A stretch of DNA of 64,000 bases, taken from the NCBI GenBank assembly GCA_964247055.1, contig OZ176051.1, positions 13,516,001 through 13,580,000 of the forward strand, read 5' to 3'. The notes beneath the pieces are model-generated. The model saw only the letters and a list, made by a program, of their open reading frames with translations. It had not been told where the DNA came from and ran no database searches. Position 1 is the first letter of the stretch, and every line of letters starts with the position of its first letter. The translations under genes were made by a program, and so were the position numbers. This document shows positions 13,130-25,000 of this stretch, one piece after another. Source of the DNA: Paragordius varius. Taxonomy: Eukaryota; Animalia; Nematomorpha.

Positions 13130-13660
13130 TAACTTTACTTTAATAATCTTTTGTCGTTTTCTTCTTTATATCTAATATTTCGACGTTATTTCAATTAATC
13201 TTGTGTCTGTAATTTTGCGCCGCTCAAGATATGCAAGTGCCGACACATTTACTTGGTTTCTTCATTCTGAGACTTTGTACTCTTTTATTCGAGTGTTAAT
13301 ACCTCTTTTCGTCTGACCAATGTATACATCCTCGCAATCACTACACTTGACTGTGTAAACGGCAAATTTATCATCTTATACCTTTCTACTATTGTTTAAT
13401 AATATATAAAAGTTGTTAAGGGGGGAGGGGGGGTTAAAAATATGGACTTTGATTTTAAAATATCCTTGATTTTATAAATGACTTTTTCGTGATACGGGAC
13501 ACTAGTTTTTTGTATCCTTTCTGTTATTATCGGTACTACTGTTATTATTCTTATTTTTATTATGTCCGTTATGTTTCATAACTTAGTGTTTGAAATAAAA
13601 TGCTGGGGATAAGTTTTCTCAAAAAACTTTTCAAGTAACGATGTGTAGTTTGTTTTTATA
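13130..13660 (-). mobile_element. Penelope-like element remnant (linker plus GIY-YIG endonuclease)
   Basis: VYTVKCSDCEDVYIGQTKRGINTRIKEY...SALAY at 13375-13230. Upstream linker-like SVPYHEKVIYKIKDIL and TYPQHFI segments are broken by stops. Confidence 0.85.
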
Positions 13661-13673
13661 TCATTAGGAGTTA

Positions 13674-13895
13674 CAGTCATGTATCCTTAATTTATTAAAA
13701 ATTTATTTTTTTTTGTTAAATGGGTATAATTGGTAAAGAATGGAAAAAACAAGAGCTTATAGTAATTTTTATACTTTTTTGATGAATATTATATTGTTAA
13801 TACCATAGAGCTCTAATTTTTCCGTTCTATACCAAATATTTATACCCATTTAACGAAAAAAATAAATTTTTGATAAAATAAAGGAGACATGACTG
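13674..13895. mobile_element. TA-flanked Tc1/pogo-type MITE
   Basis: TA|CAGTCATGT...ACATGACTG|TA, with arms forming an imperfect hairpin of ~90 bp each. Confidence 0.8.
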
Positions 13896-14523
13896 TAATA
13901 ATGTCCGTTGCATTAAAATATGTACTATAGAATTAAAAGACAATTTGGAGGGTGGGGTGAGGTATAATCAATTATATATGTATCCAATTTATAATATACC
14001 TGAGTTTTAATATTATCATTGTCTCTTGTTATGAATATATCGAGAAATGGGATTTTATTCTTTTTCTATAGTGAAGTGTAAAAGGCTACAGGTAAATTGT
14101 TTTTGTAACTTTTTTAAATTATTTTCCTCAACTATGCAAATCATATTATCATCTACATATCTATATAATAAAAGTAAGGTTTTTCAATTTTTTCTAATTA
14201 TGTATCTGACTGTTATTTCGCATATCGTACTACAGCAAAATTTAAATCTTAATTTTATATTTTATTATATTTTTTTGTGTTGATATGAAGAAATTTTCTA
14301 ACGAAATTTCATTAATAAATTCATTATTACATTAAAACTGAAATTATACGGACAAAATATAAAAATATATAGACAATTATTTTTTTCTAAAAGATAACCA
14401 TACTTTTAAAATTTTTATTTAAATATAACTCAATGTTTTAAATGGCAAAGTGTGAAATAAAGATATATATTACAAACCGACCAATTCTATATTTTACAAT
14501 AACAGTTGTTAAAATCCGTAATA

Positions 14524-15258
14524 TACCATTTACACTTCAAGAGTGTCCTTGAACAATTCAAGTTGGTCCTTGAACAATTCAAGTTGGTCCTTGAACAATT
14601 CAAGTTGGTCCTTGAACAGTTCAAGTTGGTCCTTGAACAATTCAAGTTGGTCCTTGAACAATTCAAGTTGGTCCTTTAGCTTATTTGTTTTGTTTTTAAC
14701 TTTTATCAATCAAATCGAAAATAATTCGTCTATTTTATTGTTTTTAACCTATTTTCTATTATTTAACATAAATTTTAAAACGATATCAACTTTTAATCTT
14801 TGAAAAACCCTATATCTTTATTAATTTCTTAAAATAAATTTAGATATTTAAAAGATTTTAACACGAAATGAAAAAATATATAAGTTTTCTGGGTTATTAA
14901 TTATTATTTTCATTAAAAACATTTAAAAGTCAATAATTTTGTTCAAATGAAAAAAAATAATTTTAAACAAAAAAAGTGGTTTTTCAATAAAAAAATTTAT
15001 TTTTAAATGAATAAATATATAATAAATAAAGAAAATTAGGTTAATAAATAATTAAATAAAAAAATAAATGCAAAAATTATGGTTAAATCAAAATTTATAA
15101 ATATTAAGGATCAACTTGAACTGTTCAAGGACCAACTTGAATTGTTCAAGGACCAACTTGAATTGTTCAAGGACCAACTTGAATTGTTCAAGGACCAACT
15201 TGAACTGTTCAAGGACCAACTTGAATTGTTCAAGGACACTCTTGAAGTGTAAATGGTA
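14524..15258. mobile_element. Foldback-type element with ~150-bp TIRs containing six 21-bp tandem units per arm
   Basis: Termini TACCATTTACACTTCAAGAG and its reverse complement; unit CCTTGAACAATTCAAGTTGGT x6 on each side. A TA target duplication is supported by the empty site CCGTAATATAATG at 27417-27429. Confidence 0.9.
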
Positions 15259-15344
15259 TATAACAATAAAGGATAATTAAATAGATATTAAATGAAATCA
15301 TAAATAGAAATTATAAACGATACGTGAAACCCTTCGTCAATAGT

Positions 15345-15379
15345 AATCGCAGACTAGTTTCGTGCTTGTTAGCACTCAT
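15345..15379 (-). ncRNA. 5'-truncated hammerhead ribozyme copy (lacks CUG of the core)
   Basis: Minus reads ATGA-GTGCT-AACA-AGCAC-GAAAC-TA-GTC-TGCGA. It is homologous to the 27.5/27.8-kb ribozymes but has a GUC triplet, and homology stops inside CUGAUGA. Confidence 0.7.
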
Positions 15380-15714
15380 ACAAAGCATAAACAATCCGTT
15401 CATTACCATTACAATATCATCTATATTTTACAATTGTAACTAAATAGCTTATATGAGAAAAAATAAGGTTTTTAAGTATGGTTGTCGTTTGGATAAAAAT
15501 ATTTGTCTTTATATTTATAAGTCCGTATAGTTTCAATTTTTACTGTAATTTTGCTGATGATTGCATCATATTATTCTAACTATTCAACCTATTCGATATG
15601 AAATAAGTAGTTAGGTTTATTTGATCTTGACATCTCCAAATTTTAAGCCAATGGGAGGAAAAAGAAATTTTGAGCTGAAAAATGGTTTTTTTGTTTCAGC
15701 CACACATGTAAATA

Positions 15715-16001
15715 CAGTAAAAACTGAAATTAAACGGACAAAACGTAAAATAAAAACAAAAATATTCTAAAAGACAACCATACTTTTACAAATCCAAATT
15801 TTTCCTATATAAAATAATTATTTACAATTATAAAATATATGATTGAATGTGTTACCAATAAAATATCTCTATCCCATACTTTGCAATTTTTAACATTACT
15901 TTAATTTAAAAATTCGAGATATAAAAAGCGTGGCTGTCTTTTAGAAAAAAATATTTGTCTTTATATTTTTACGTTTTGTCCGTATAATTTCAATGTTACT
16001 G
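15715..16001. mobile_element. Tc1/pogo-type MITE (CAGTAAAA family)
   Basis: TA|CAGTAAAAACTGAAATTAAACGGACA...TGTCCGTATAATTTCAATGTTACTG|TA. Confidence 0.8.
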
Positions 16002-16401
16002 TATTATTTGAAAATATTATGATAATCCAAAAAAGTACTTAAAAACATTAAATAAATTATTCAAAGCCATAACAAACATGGTAACTGTTTTACAATGGGT
16101 TAAGGAACCAACCAGTTATTTTTATTTAATTTTACCTAATTAGTTTAATTTACGCTTGTTCAAAGTTTAACCGTAAATTATGTTTTTAGGCTAATCCAAC
16201 TTATTGTTGATATGAAATATTTTATGGCAAGTTTAAAATTTTTTTCTTTATTAGGTCAATTTAAGACAAAGGTTTATTTACAAAAAAATATTGAAGTCCA
16301 AAAACATGATAATTTAGGGTTAGTTTAAGGGTAAATTTAAGCAGTTCAAGGATAATTCTGAAATGTAACGTATCCGGAAATCATAAAACCAATATGAAAA
16401 A

Positions 16402-16770
16402 TTAAACTCTGGAAAGGATTAAATTGCAAAAAAACTTTAAATTACATAACATTACATCGTTCCAATAGTTGGTATCATAATCATAAGCGGCGTAATTCTC
16501 ATATTTATCTGTCCATTTGGGTTTAGATTGTGAAGTGAAATTACGAGTCAGGTTGTCATCATTTTTTAGCAAAAATTTGTCTAACAAAATTTGAATTAAA
16601 TAATAATTTTTACCTTGGACACTTTTAATGAAACTCCCAAATTTTTCAAACAATGAACGTTTCTCTTCAACCGATATAAAGTGTTGCGCCTGTACATATA
16701 TTAGTGCCAACTGAGTTACAATACTAAACAAAAGTATAAAATATATCGTGCCTTTTAGAATTAATGGCAT
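16402..16770 (-). CDS. Hypothetical secreted or signal-anchored protein; probably contains short introns
   Basis: 122-codon ORF with hydrophobic N-terminus MPLILKGTIYFILLFSIVTQLALIYVQA. There is a candidate in-frame 33-nt intron (CAAG|GTAAAA...TTGTTAG) and a candidate 47-nt intron near the 3' end, so the true end may be ~16355. Confidence 0.55.
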   Translation of the reverse strand: MPLILKGTIYFILLFSIVTQLALIYVQAQHFISVEEKRSLFEKFGSFIKSVQGKNYYLIQILLDKFLLKNDDNLTRNFTSQSKPKWTDKYENYAAYDYDTNYWNDVMLCNLKFFCNLILSRV

Positions 16771-17162
16771 TCTAATTTATAAATATGATTTTTTCAAACA
16801 TGGGTGTGGTTATGCCGTTCCGTTTCCTTAGGGTGTAGGTATATAATGATAATAATGATTTAAAAAATATATATTTATTTGTTTTATTTTTCTAGGTGAT
16901 TCATTCATTTATAACCATAAATATACACAATATTTATTTGATAAATTTGGTTGAAACTTTGCTGCTATCATTAAATATTAATATTAAATATATAATTGTT
17001 TTAAAGGTAATGATATATATATATATATATATACAATGATTAGATAGGTGTGTTCATATAAAATGTATGTATAGTTTATTTATTGACTAGCACAACTTAA
17101 AAAAATGAATTTTGTATTAAACATCCCTTGTACTATACCTTGTATAATAATAATCGCAACAA

Positions 17163-18773
17163 TTAAACCAAAGCAGGTAAATTTGAAAGAGAAGCTAGGA
17201 CTGAACTAGCCTCCAACTCTATTTCCGTATGTGTTTGCCATAATTTAGGCTCACAAGGAGTTGTTGACAAATTTATATCATTGCTGCTTGAGGATAAAAC
17301 AATCAATTTTTTGGCTAAGCGTTCCTTAATAATTTGTTTTACGCAAACATGATTATCAGGATTTTTATTTTGGTTGGTGTGAGGACCAATCCTTCTTTTG
17401 TGGCAATGACTACTCCCTGTTTTCCAACCTATTTTATTGGATGAACGGGATTTCTTCTTTAATCGACATCTCATTTTAGGGATAATATTCTTTTTCGGTA
17501 GGGTGCCATTTACACTAGATAAATTTGTTGCAGATTGATTTGAATTCGTAAGAGGAGAATTTTGTAAGATATTTTGGAGTTGACGAGCAGAGGCCCATTG
17601 TTTAATGGCATGTTTTACCGTATCCTATCATGATGGTATATAGAATAAAGAATGAAATGAGTACTCTGCATAAAATATGTCATAATGGTTTCTTCATTTA
17701 ACATTTAATTAAGAAGCAGAATGCTATCAATTCTGTATAGGATTTAACATTAATATAAGTATGACTGTGATTTAAGAAAAAACGTATACCTGATTAGATT
17801 TGGATTTTTGTGTTTGGTTGGTAACATGTTGCTTTACATCAGCTAAATACAATATAATTGTTGCATAACAGGAGATATGCAAAGGAAAACTGAAATTATA
17901 CAGACAAAACAAAAAAGACAATTTTTTTAAAATACAACCATGCTTTTTTAAACCCTTAATTTTTTCTATAATATGTATATAATAATAAATGAATGATTGT
18001 GACACCAAACAGCTCTATATCTTACTTGAGCTGTTTTGTTTTATGCGTATAATATCGATAAAACGTGTAGAGATCCATTAAAATTCTATCTAAATTACCT
18101 CGACAGTTTGGAGCATTGCTATCAAGGTAGTGTTTGCAATTCTCATAATACATATTATTCTCCATCCCAGTCAAGTTATGTATATGGTTATTGTTGAATG
18201 CAACATTGTCCGCATAATTTGCAAACCAACGTGAAGCAAAATAGTTTGCAAGATACGAATTCCACAAGTGTGTTGATGACATGTTATTCAACAAATTTGA
18301 GGCATTATTGGGTATGGCATTATAGGGGATAGCTGGAAAACAACATAATGAATTTTGCCACCATGGTGAGTTTAATGTGGCTCCGTCAGTTAGGACATTG
18401 TCAAAAAAATTATTCGATCCCTCATGGCTCCTCGTATGATTAAAAAAATTTGGCATCTGTCATATGCAAAATCGATTGATAACAAGATTTTGATAATTTT
18501 AATTTAACAACTTAACCAGGGGTAAGGGTGTTTGTTGTTCAACATGCGGACCGTGAAAAATTTGATCCAAGATTTGCAAAATTAGGCTCACAAAATACAG
18601 TAAAAAATAATATTTCTTAAACAATTTTTCGCCAAAATTTTTTACCCAATTGACAAAAACTATGTGAGTCGATATTTTACAGTCTTACGTTTGAAATATA
18701 ATAAATTATTTATGAATGCCCATATAAATGTTTCAAATGCGGTTCGCGAAGCCATTTGCGTTAGACAGCCCTG

Positions 18774-18829
<56 letters not shown>

Positions 18830-19068
18830 CCCTTGAATAATTCAAATTCACCCTTAAACGATTCAAATTCACCCTGATTTAAATTATGTGTTTTGGGGCT
18901 AATATAACTCATCATTAATATATAATATATCTTGGCATGGTTTATTATTTTTTCAGTATTATTTTAATTTTGATGAAGATTTCATTGTTAAAAATATCAT
19001 AAAATATAGGTAATTTTTAATCATATAAATTGTTTTAGGGTGATTGAAAATTAAAATTTAAATCCTTC

Positions 19069-19099
<31 letters not shown>

Positions 19100-22000
19100 A
19101 GAAAATTAGCCATAAATGTAATGCTAATGGTAAAACAAATATCTAAATTATAAAAATTTCATATATGAAAAAATGTAAACAACTTTTTCCATGTTTTATG
19201 CATTAAATTTGAAATTATTATATCCTATTCTAAACTATTGAAAAGATATATATATAAATGTATGAAAGATATTATTTTTATTTTATTGATTCACCCAACA
19301 ACTAACGAGTTAGTTTGTAAAAAGGTGGAAAACGTAACAACAGTCCTAACAAAATTTATCTCACAAGCCCCTCTAAATTTAGAAAATGTGAGAAAAAGAA
19401 AAAAAAAGCTTTAGCGCAATTTATACTATAACTCAAATATCAATACCTTATTAAAAGATTGATTCGTAACATAGGGACGTTCATTTGAGCATTCATCATG
19501 ATGAGATGTTTGCAATGAATTACATGACATTCGCAGACCTTGTGTTGTTTGTGTAGGAGGGGGGCGATAATCATTTGAGTAATTGAAATACGACAAATTA
19601 TTATGATTTAAACTGATATTGGCACTCTCATTATCACAAAACGGTTTTTTGTCATCTTTACCGCCATTTTCTATAATAATGGCAACATGACAATCGTCGT
19701 CGTTTGTTGTGGGCTTTAAAAGGGGATCCGAATCTATGTATGTATGATAATATTCATAGATTAATTTACAATTATCTTATTTTTAATACATACATACATA
19801 CATACTGATAATAAAGTATTAAGTCATGAATAATATCAATCAGGTTAGATGATGAGTAAAACAAAAACAAACAAACTACTTGTTTTTCTCATAATGTTGT
19901 CATCAAAGGGACATCTCATCCCCATCAACGGCCTATTTTGATGATTCAAACCATTTGCGGCAATAGGCTTTTTGGGCGAGTCTTGGCTCAAAGTTGTTTC
20001 GTAGCGATGAAGGAAAGTGCGTTTAAAGTGTTGTTTGTGGGAAGGGAGGATAGACGTTGAATTCCATTTCGTGAGAGCTTGGATAGAGAATGAGTTGGAG
20101 CTTGAACTTACTACCAAATTATTACTCTTAAACTCCTCATGATCAGGACAATTATTAACCGTGTTTTGTCTATATGAAGGCAATCTAATAAAAAAATGGA
20201 AATTGTCATTGTATAATATACCATTTACAATTCAAATTCACCGTTAAATAAAATATATGTTTTTTAAGATTAAAAATTACCTATATTTTATATATTTTTA
20301 AGAAATAAAAATTTCGTTTTAAAAAATAATAAACTATGCCATAAAGATAGATTTCATATTAATACTGAGTTACAGTGGATTAAATAAAAGAATATTTGTA
20401 GTAAAAAAAATTAATATTAGGATTAAAATGAATATTAGTGAAAATAAAAAAGAATTAAAGGGCCATGGTGCACGAGTGCGCATTACCATGCCCATCAAAT
20501 ATTAATTATTTTTTACTATTTACTTATGAAAGAAAAGAATATTACGTAGTAGTATGGTATTACATACTCAATAAATGCCCTTTCTTCCCTTATTTTTCTT
20601 CAATAGTAAAAAATAATTATTATTTAATGGGTATGATAATGCTTGCTCGTGCACCATGGCCCTTTGTTTCTTTTATATTTTCACGAATATTCATTTTTTT
20701 ACTACTAATAATAATTTCATTATTACAAACATTCTTTTATTCAATCCACTGTATATTAGTTCATCACCTGATCAAATTTGGATTTTAGGTAGCCATTTTT
20801 ATTTCTAAAATCGTATAAAATAAATTTTTTAAATATTTATAATTACAATTGTTCAAGGGTGAATTTGAACTGTATATGTTTCTTCTAACATATATCTAAT
20901 CTTTTTTAAGATTATGATTTAAACAGTAATATACAAAAAATTTTTTTTCTGGATAGTATATTTTTTAAAAAAATATCCTGGTGTGATATCAAGATACATG
21001 TTTTCGGTTCATATACTTAAAACTTAAAGATGCACATTTTGTAAATAGATATAGTATGATATGACCAATGGTATTTTTCTTAAGTAAAAATATTGTCTGT
21101 CCGGAATTCAAAAAAAATTGTTCCAAATATTTCCCCCGTATGATAGATAAACCACCATAAAGACTTAGACATCAACATGCTTAAGGCTGAAAGAAATCTT
21201 AAACGCACCTAAAACCAAATTGGATATGTTATTGATAAAATCAATTGACAAATAGAGATGTTAATTACAATGATAAACATTTTTTATTGTTGAAAACCCT
21301 TGTAAAAACATAACAAACAGCTATATTATAGTTATGAGGGTTCCTTCTAAAAAATGTAAAACGAATACTTGTTTCTCAATAAAACAAGAATATTCATATA
21401 TATATATATATATATAAATGCGGAACATTTAAACGTTTCATTAACAGCTATATAAAACAACACATAAATAATCAATAATTTGCCCTATTTATGCCAAGAA
21501 AAACCATTTAAAACCGCCCTAAAATCCTAAATTTTATATCCATAAATTAAATGTAAATAATAACAAGAAGCAAAATATAACATATAATGGTTAAATGGGA
21601 CTTTTAATCGTTACTAAGTCAATACGGTATGAATAAATGTATACTGCTTAGTTTTTATATGTAGATTACCATATAGCACACAAATAAAGAGCATTAGTAT
21701 TAACTAATGCCATAAAAAAGCAAAAACTAATAGCTTTCTTTGTTCTATATCAGGGCATCTTAAACTATGGGTCGCGACCCCATTTGGGGTGGCGTAGCAA
21801 AATAATGTGGTCGCGAGTTATAAATATACAATTTAACAAAAAATGTTTTTTAACTCGTAAAAATTGTTATAAAGAAAAATAACAATCATCGTAGATAAAT
21901 CTATATATTGATAAAAATGGAAAGTGGGTTTTTTGTGATCTGTTTCTGCAAATCAAGTGGACCCATTCGAATCCAAATGTCAAAAAATATAATCATTCAA

Positions 22001-25000
22001 TGCCCCGACAATAGCTTCGGCCTTTATTAAAATTTGGCCCTTATTTCAGGCCCACTCCGTGTAAAAAACGGTTTTTTTTAAATCAGAAGTCCACAAAAAT
22101 CGTTTTGAGACAATTATCCGGAAGCGTTGAACCATTCAATTTTAAATAATTTTTTTTACTTATTTTCGATTGCGCCGAACATAGTCGGCTCGCTTTTTTA
22201 TAATAAGCCCTCTTTTTACTCGCTCCCCCCGTAAAATGCCACTTTTTTCAAACAAAAATAATTTTTTGAATCTATTTTTCCCCCAAGGGAGACCGTAAAA
22301 ATTCAATAAGGAATCCAGATATTCCCTGTTAAAAGGCAAAAACTTTAGTCGTGCGTTTCCTTTATATTGGCTGCTGGGTAAGAAGATAACCCGCTAAAAA
22401 CTGCCCCGTCATATCGAAATAGCGTGCCTTAAGCGCTAGATTTCAGAAAACCTATCAGGCCATTGAATAGCTGCGTAAAATGTTACCCCTAACAAGGCAA
22501 AAATTTAGGTCATACTGTTTTTTTAAATTAGCCGTTAATTAGGCCTTTCACGCCCTGAAAAATGCGCCACCATAAAATGATTTTTATTTTTGAGGTAATT
22601 TTTCCAAAAATTAATGAGAGCATATGGAATCAATCATGATTCCAGGTATTCTCCGTAAAAAAGCAAAAATTTTAATTAAGCGCTTATTCTTATTTTGTAT
22701 CAGCCTCTTAAAGAGCTACCCCCCTAAAACTGCGGCATCATATCGAAAGTGCGTTGTTTAGGAGTGCATTTTCAGACTTTTTAGGCCATATAAGTTTAAT
22801 AGGGGCCTGAAATATTATCCGTAAAAAGGCAATAATTTAAGTAGAGCGGTTTTATTAAATTACCCCTTAATAGGCCTTTGCCATGAAAAATGCGACACCT
22901 TAGAATGACTTTTTGGTTTTGAGGCAATTTTTCGAAAATCCCACAAGAGCATATGGAATCAATCATAATTCCAGGTATTACCCGAATTAAGACAAAAATT
23001 TTAATCGAACGTTTTTTTTGTTTCGCCCCTGTTTAGGGAGCTACCCGCGTAAAACTGCGTCACCATATCGATACAGCCTGCCTTTGGATCCAAATCTCAG
23101 AAAACCTATGTGACTAATAGGAAAATATGTATTCCATAATAATTCCAGATATTCCCAATAAAAAGGCAAAAATTTTGCCCAACGCTTTTTTACCTGCTCC
23201 TAGGTAAGGAGCTACCCGACAAAAACTGCGCCACTACATAGAAATTGCGTTGTTTTTAAGCTAATTTACAAAAAATTTATGAAGCCATATGAGCTCATTA
23301 AAAGCTTGAAATATTACCCGTAACTAGGTAAAAAGCCAGGCGCTTTATATTAGCCGTTAATTTGGGTCCATTATGCCCTAAAATACGCCATCATATAACG
23401 ATTATTTAGTGTTGATGTATTTTTTCGAATAACCCATGAGGCGATGGTATCAAAAATGATTCCAAATATTTGCCCTATAAAGGCAATGAATAACTCAGCG
23501 CTTATTTCATATAGGTCTATGAAAAGGGGTCCACCCGTTTTAAACTGGACGCCATACAAAAATGTCATGGTTTTGACGCTTTTTTTCAAAGGACTTAAGA
23601 AGCCATTCGAGTTCAGAACACATTTCTGGGGAATAAGTATATTATCATTTTTTCCTTAAAAAAAACCACAAATGATTTAATTTTTATATCCCTTGATCAC
23701 AGCTGTGTGAACAAAATTTCAAAATGAAACTTTAAACCATAATTTCGTAAAACGAAAATCTTAAAATAAATCCATTTTAGTTAAATATTAACATTAATAA
23801 GCGACAGTTTAAATATGGTCAGTTTGGAGTAAACAATATAGCCTGAGCAACGCGTAAAAGGATAATTAAAGACATTCTTTTTATTTAATATGTTTTATCT
23901 CCCCATTACCTCTATTTTTTGCAAATTAAGAGTAATGATCGATGAAACTATGTCACAGCGAAGCGTGACAAGGCCAGTTAATATACCATATTTAGTTAGG
24001 AAAGACTGTTTATACCAGCATTTCTATTCCGATCTTTATATCTTGCATAACTTTACTATAAGAAGATGTAATAGAAGTATACAGAAAATGTAGATTTATT
24101 TTTATCAATCTCTTAAAACCGAAATAATTCGGATAATTAATTTAATATCTACCTATTTAGATATATTCGAGAAATAAGACGGTCAGAACCGACTTTTGTT
24201 TTGATCTCTAATAAAAACATTTCTATAAAATTTTGTGCAAATTTAAATTTTAGATATTTATATGTTTCAAGACGAACTCTAAATTTATATATTTTCATAT
24301 GCATATGTATATTGTTACCTAATAAATATATCATCAAAAAATATTAATTTATTTTTCTTTTATATTTGTTGAAGTCGTTAAAAAAGCGCGATCATAAATG
24401 GGGTCGAAAACTACAAAAGTTTAAGAAGGCCTGTTCTATATGCTATTTGGAAAAGAAAGATTGAACAACTAGCAAGATATTCTTACTTAATCATCTACTG
24501 CACATGTAAATTCAAAAGTGTTTTATGTAAGCAATTGTAATTTCATTTCAATGAAAGGTCCCAAATTAAGAGACGACGATAAGCTGTCTACTGTGTAAAT
24601 GCCTATAAATTGAAAATTAATGATAAATTATTTACCTGGTATCATTCAATTTTTCAGTTTGAGCAGTTGATGGAGATATATGGAAAGAGGTATTGCTTTC
24701 GAAATTTGTGTTTACTATAGTGGCCGTTTCTAATGGTAATAATTTGCTATCCTCTCCTTTAAGGGTCAACATACATTCTGATAACCATCTCTTGTTTAAT
24801 TTGATAACTGAAACAGCTGATGGTTGATTTTTGTCTTCTGCTGGTTGATTTTCATCTTCTAAATTAACATATTTGTAATCAGCTAGTGATAAATTGGGCA
24901 AAGAAATTTTTTGCTTCGAATCAACTAAGAGGATATTTGCCTTGTTTAATTTTGTCATCTCCGTTTGATGAGGAATGTTGAATCGTTTGGCAGGCGAATG

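Larger units (their letters stand above)
14330..15545. mobile_element. Tc1/pogo-type MITE (CAGTAAAA family) carrying nested insertions
   Basis: The termini match the CAGTAAAAACTGAAATTATACGGACA family (15715-16001, 44041-44277) and are TA-flanked. The interior holds a piece of the hammerhead-containing repeat, into which the foldback element is inserted. Confidence 0.65.

Noticed and set aside
14547-14672. Heat-shock element array
   Set aside because: The spacing is GAA-N3-TTC, not the nGAAn/nTTCn 5-bp register.
14543-14803. ORF with SLNNSSW repeats, and the array as a possible CRISPR
   Set aside because: It is a translation of the 21-bp TIR units. The units are contiguous with no spacers, no cas genes are present, and the DNA is eukaryotic.
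15554-15560. CTGATGA here and on minus at 12452-12458
   Set aside because: No downstream hairpin plus GAAA; part of an AT-rich repeat.
18733-18915. ORF with an IYIYIY run
   Set aside because: Produced by a (TA)n microsatellite.
19066-19100. Long C run followed by an A run
   Set aside because: A simple intronic homopolymer with no supporting structure; its length is unreliable.
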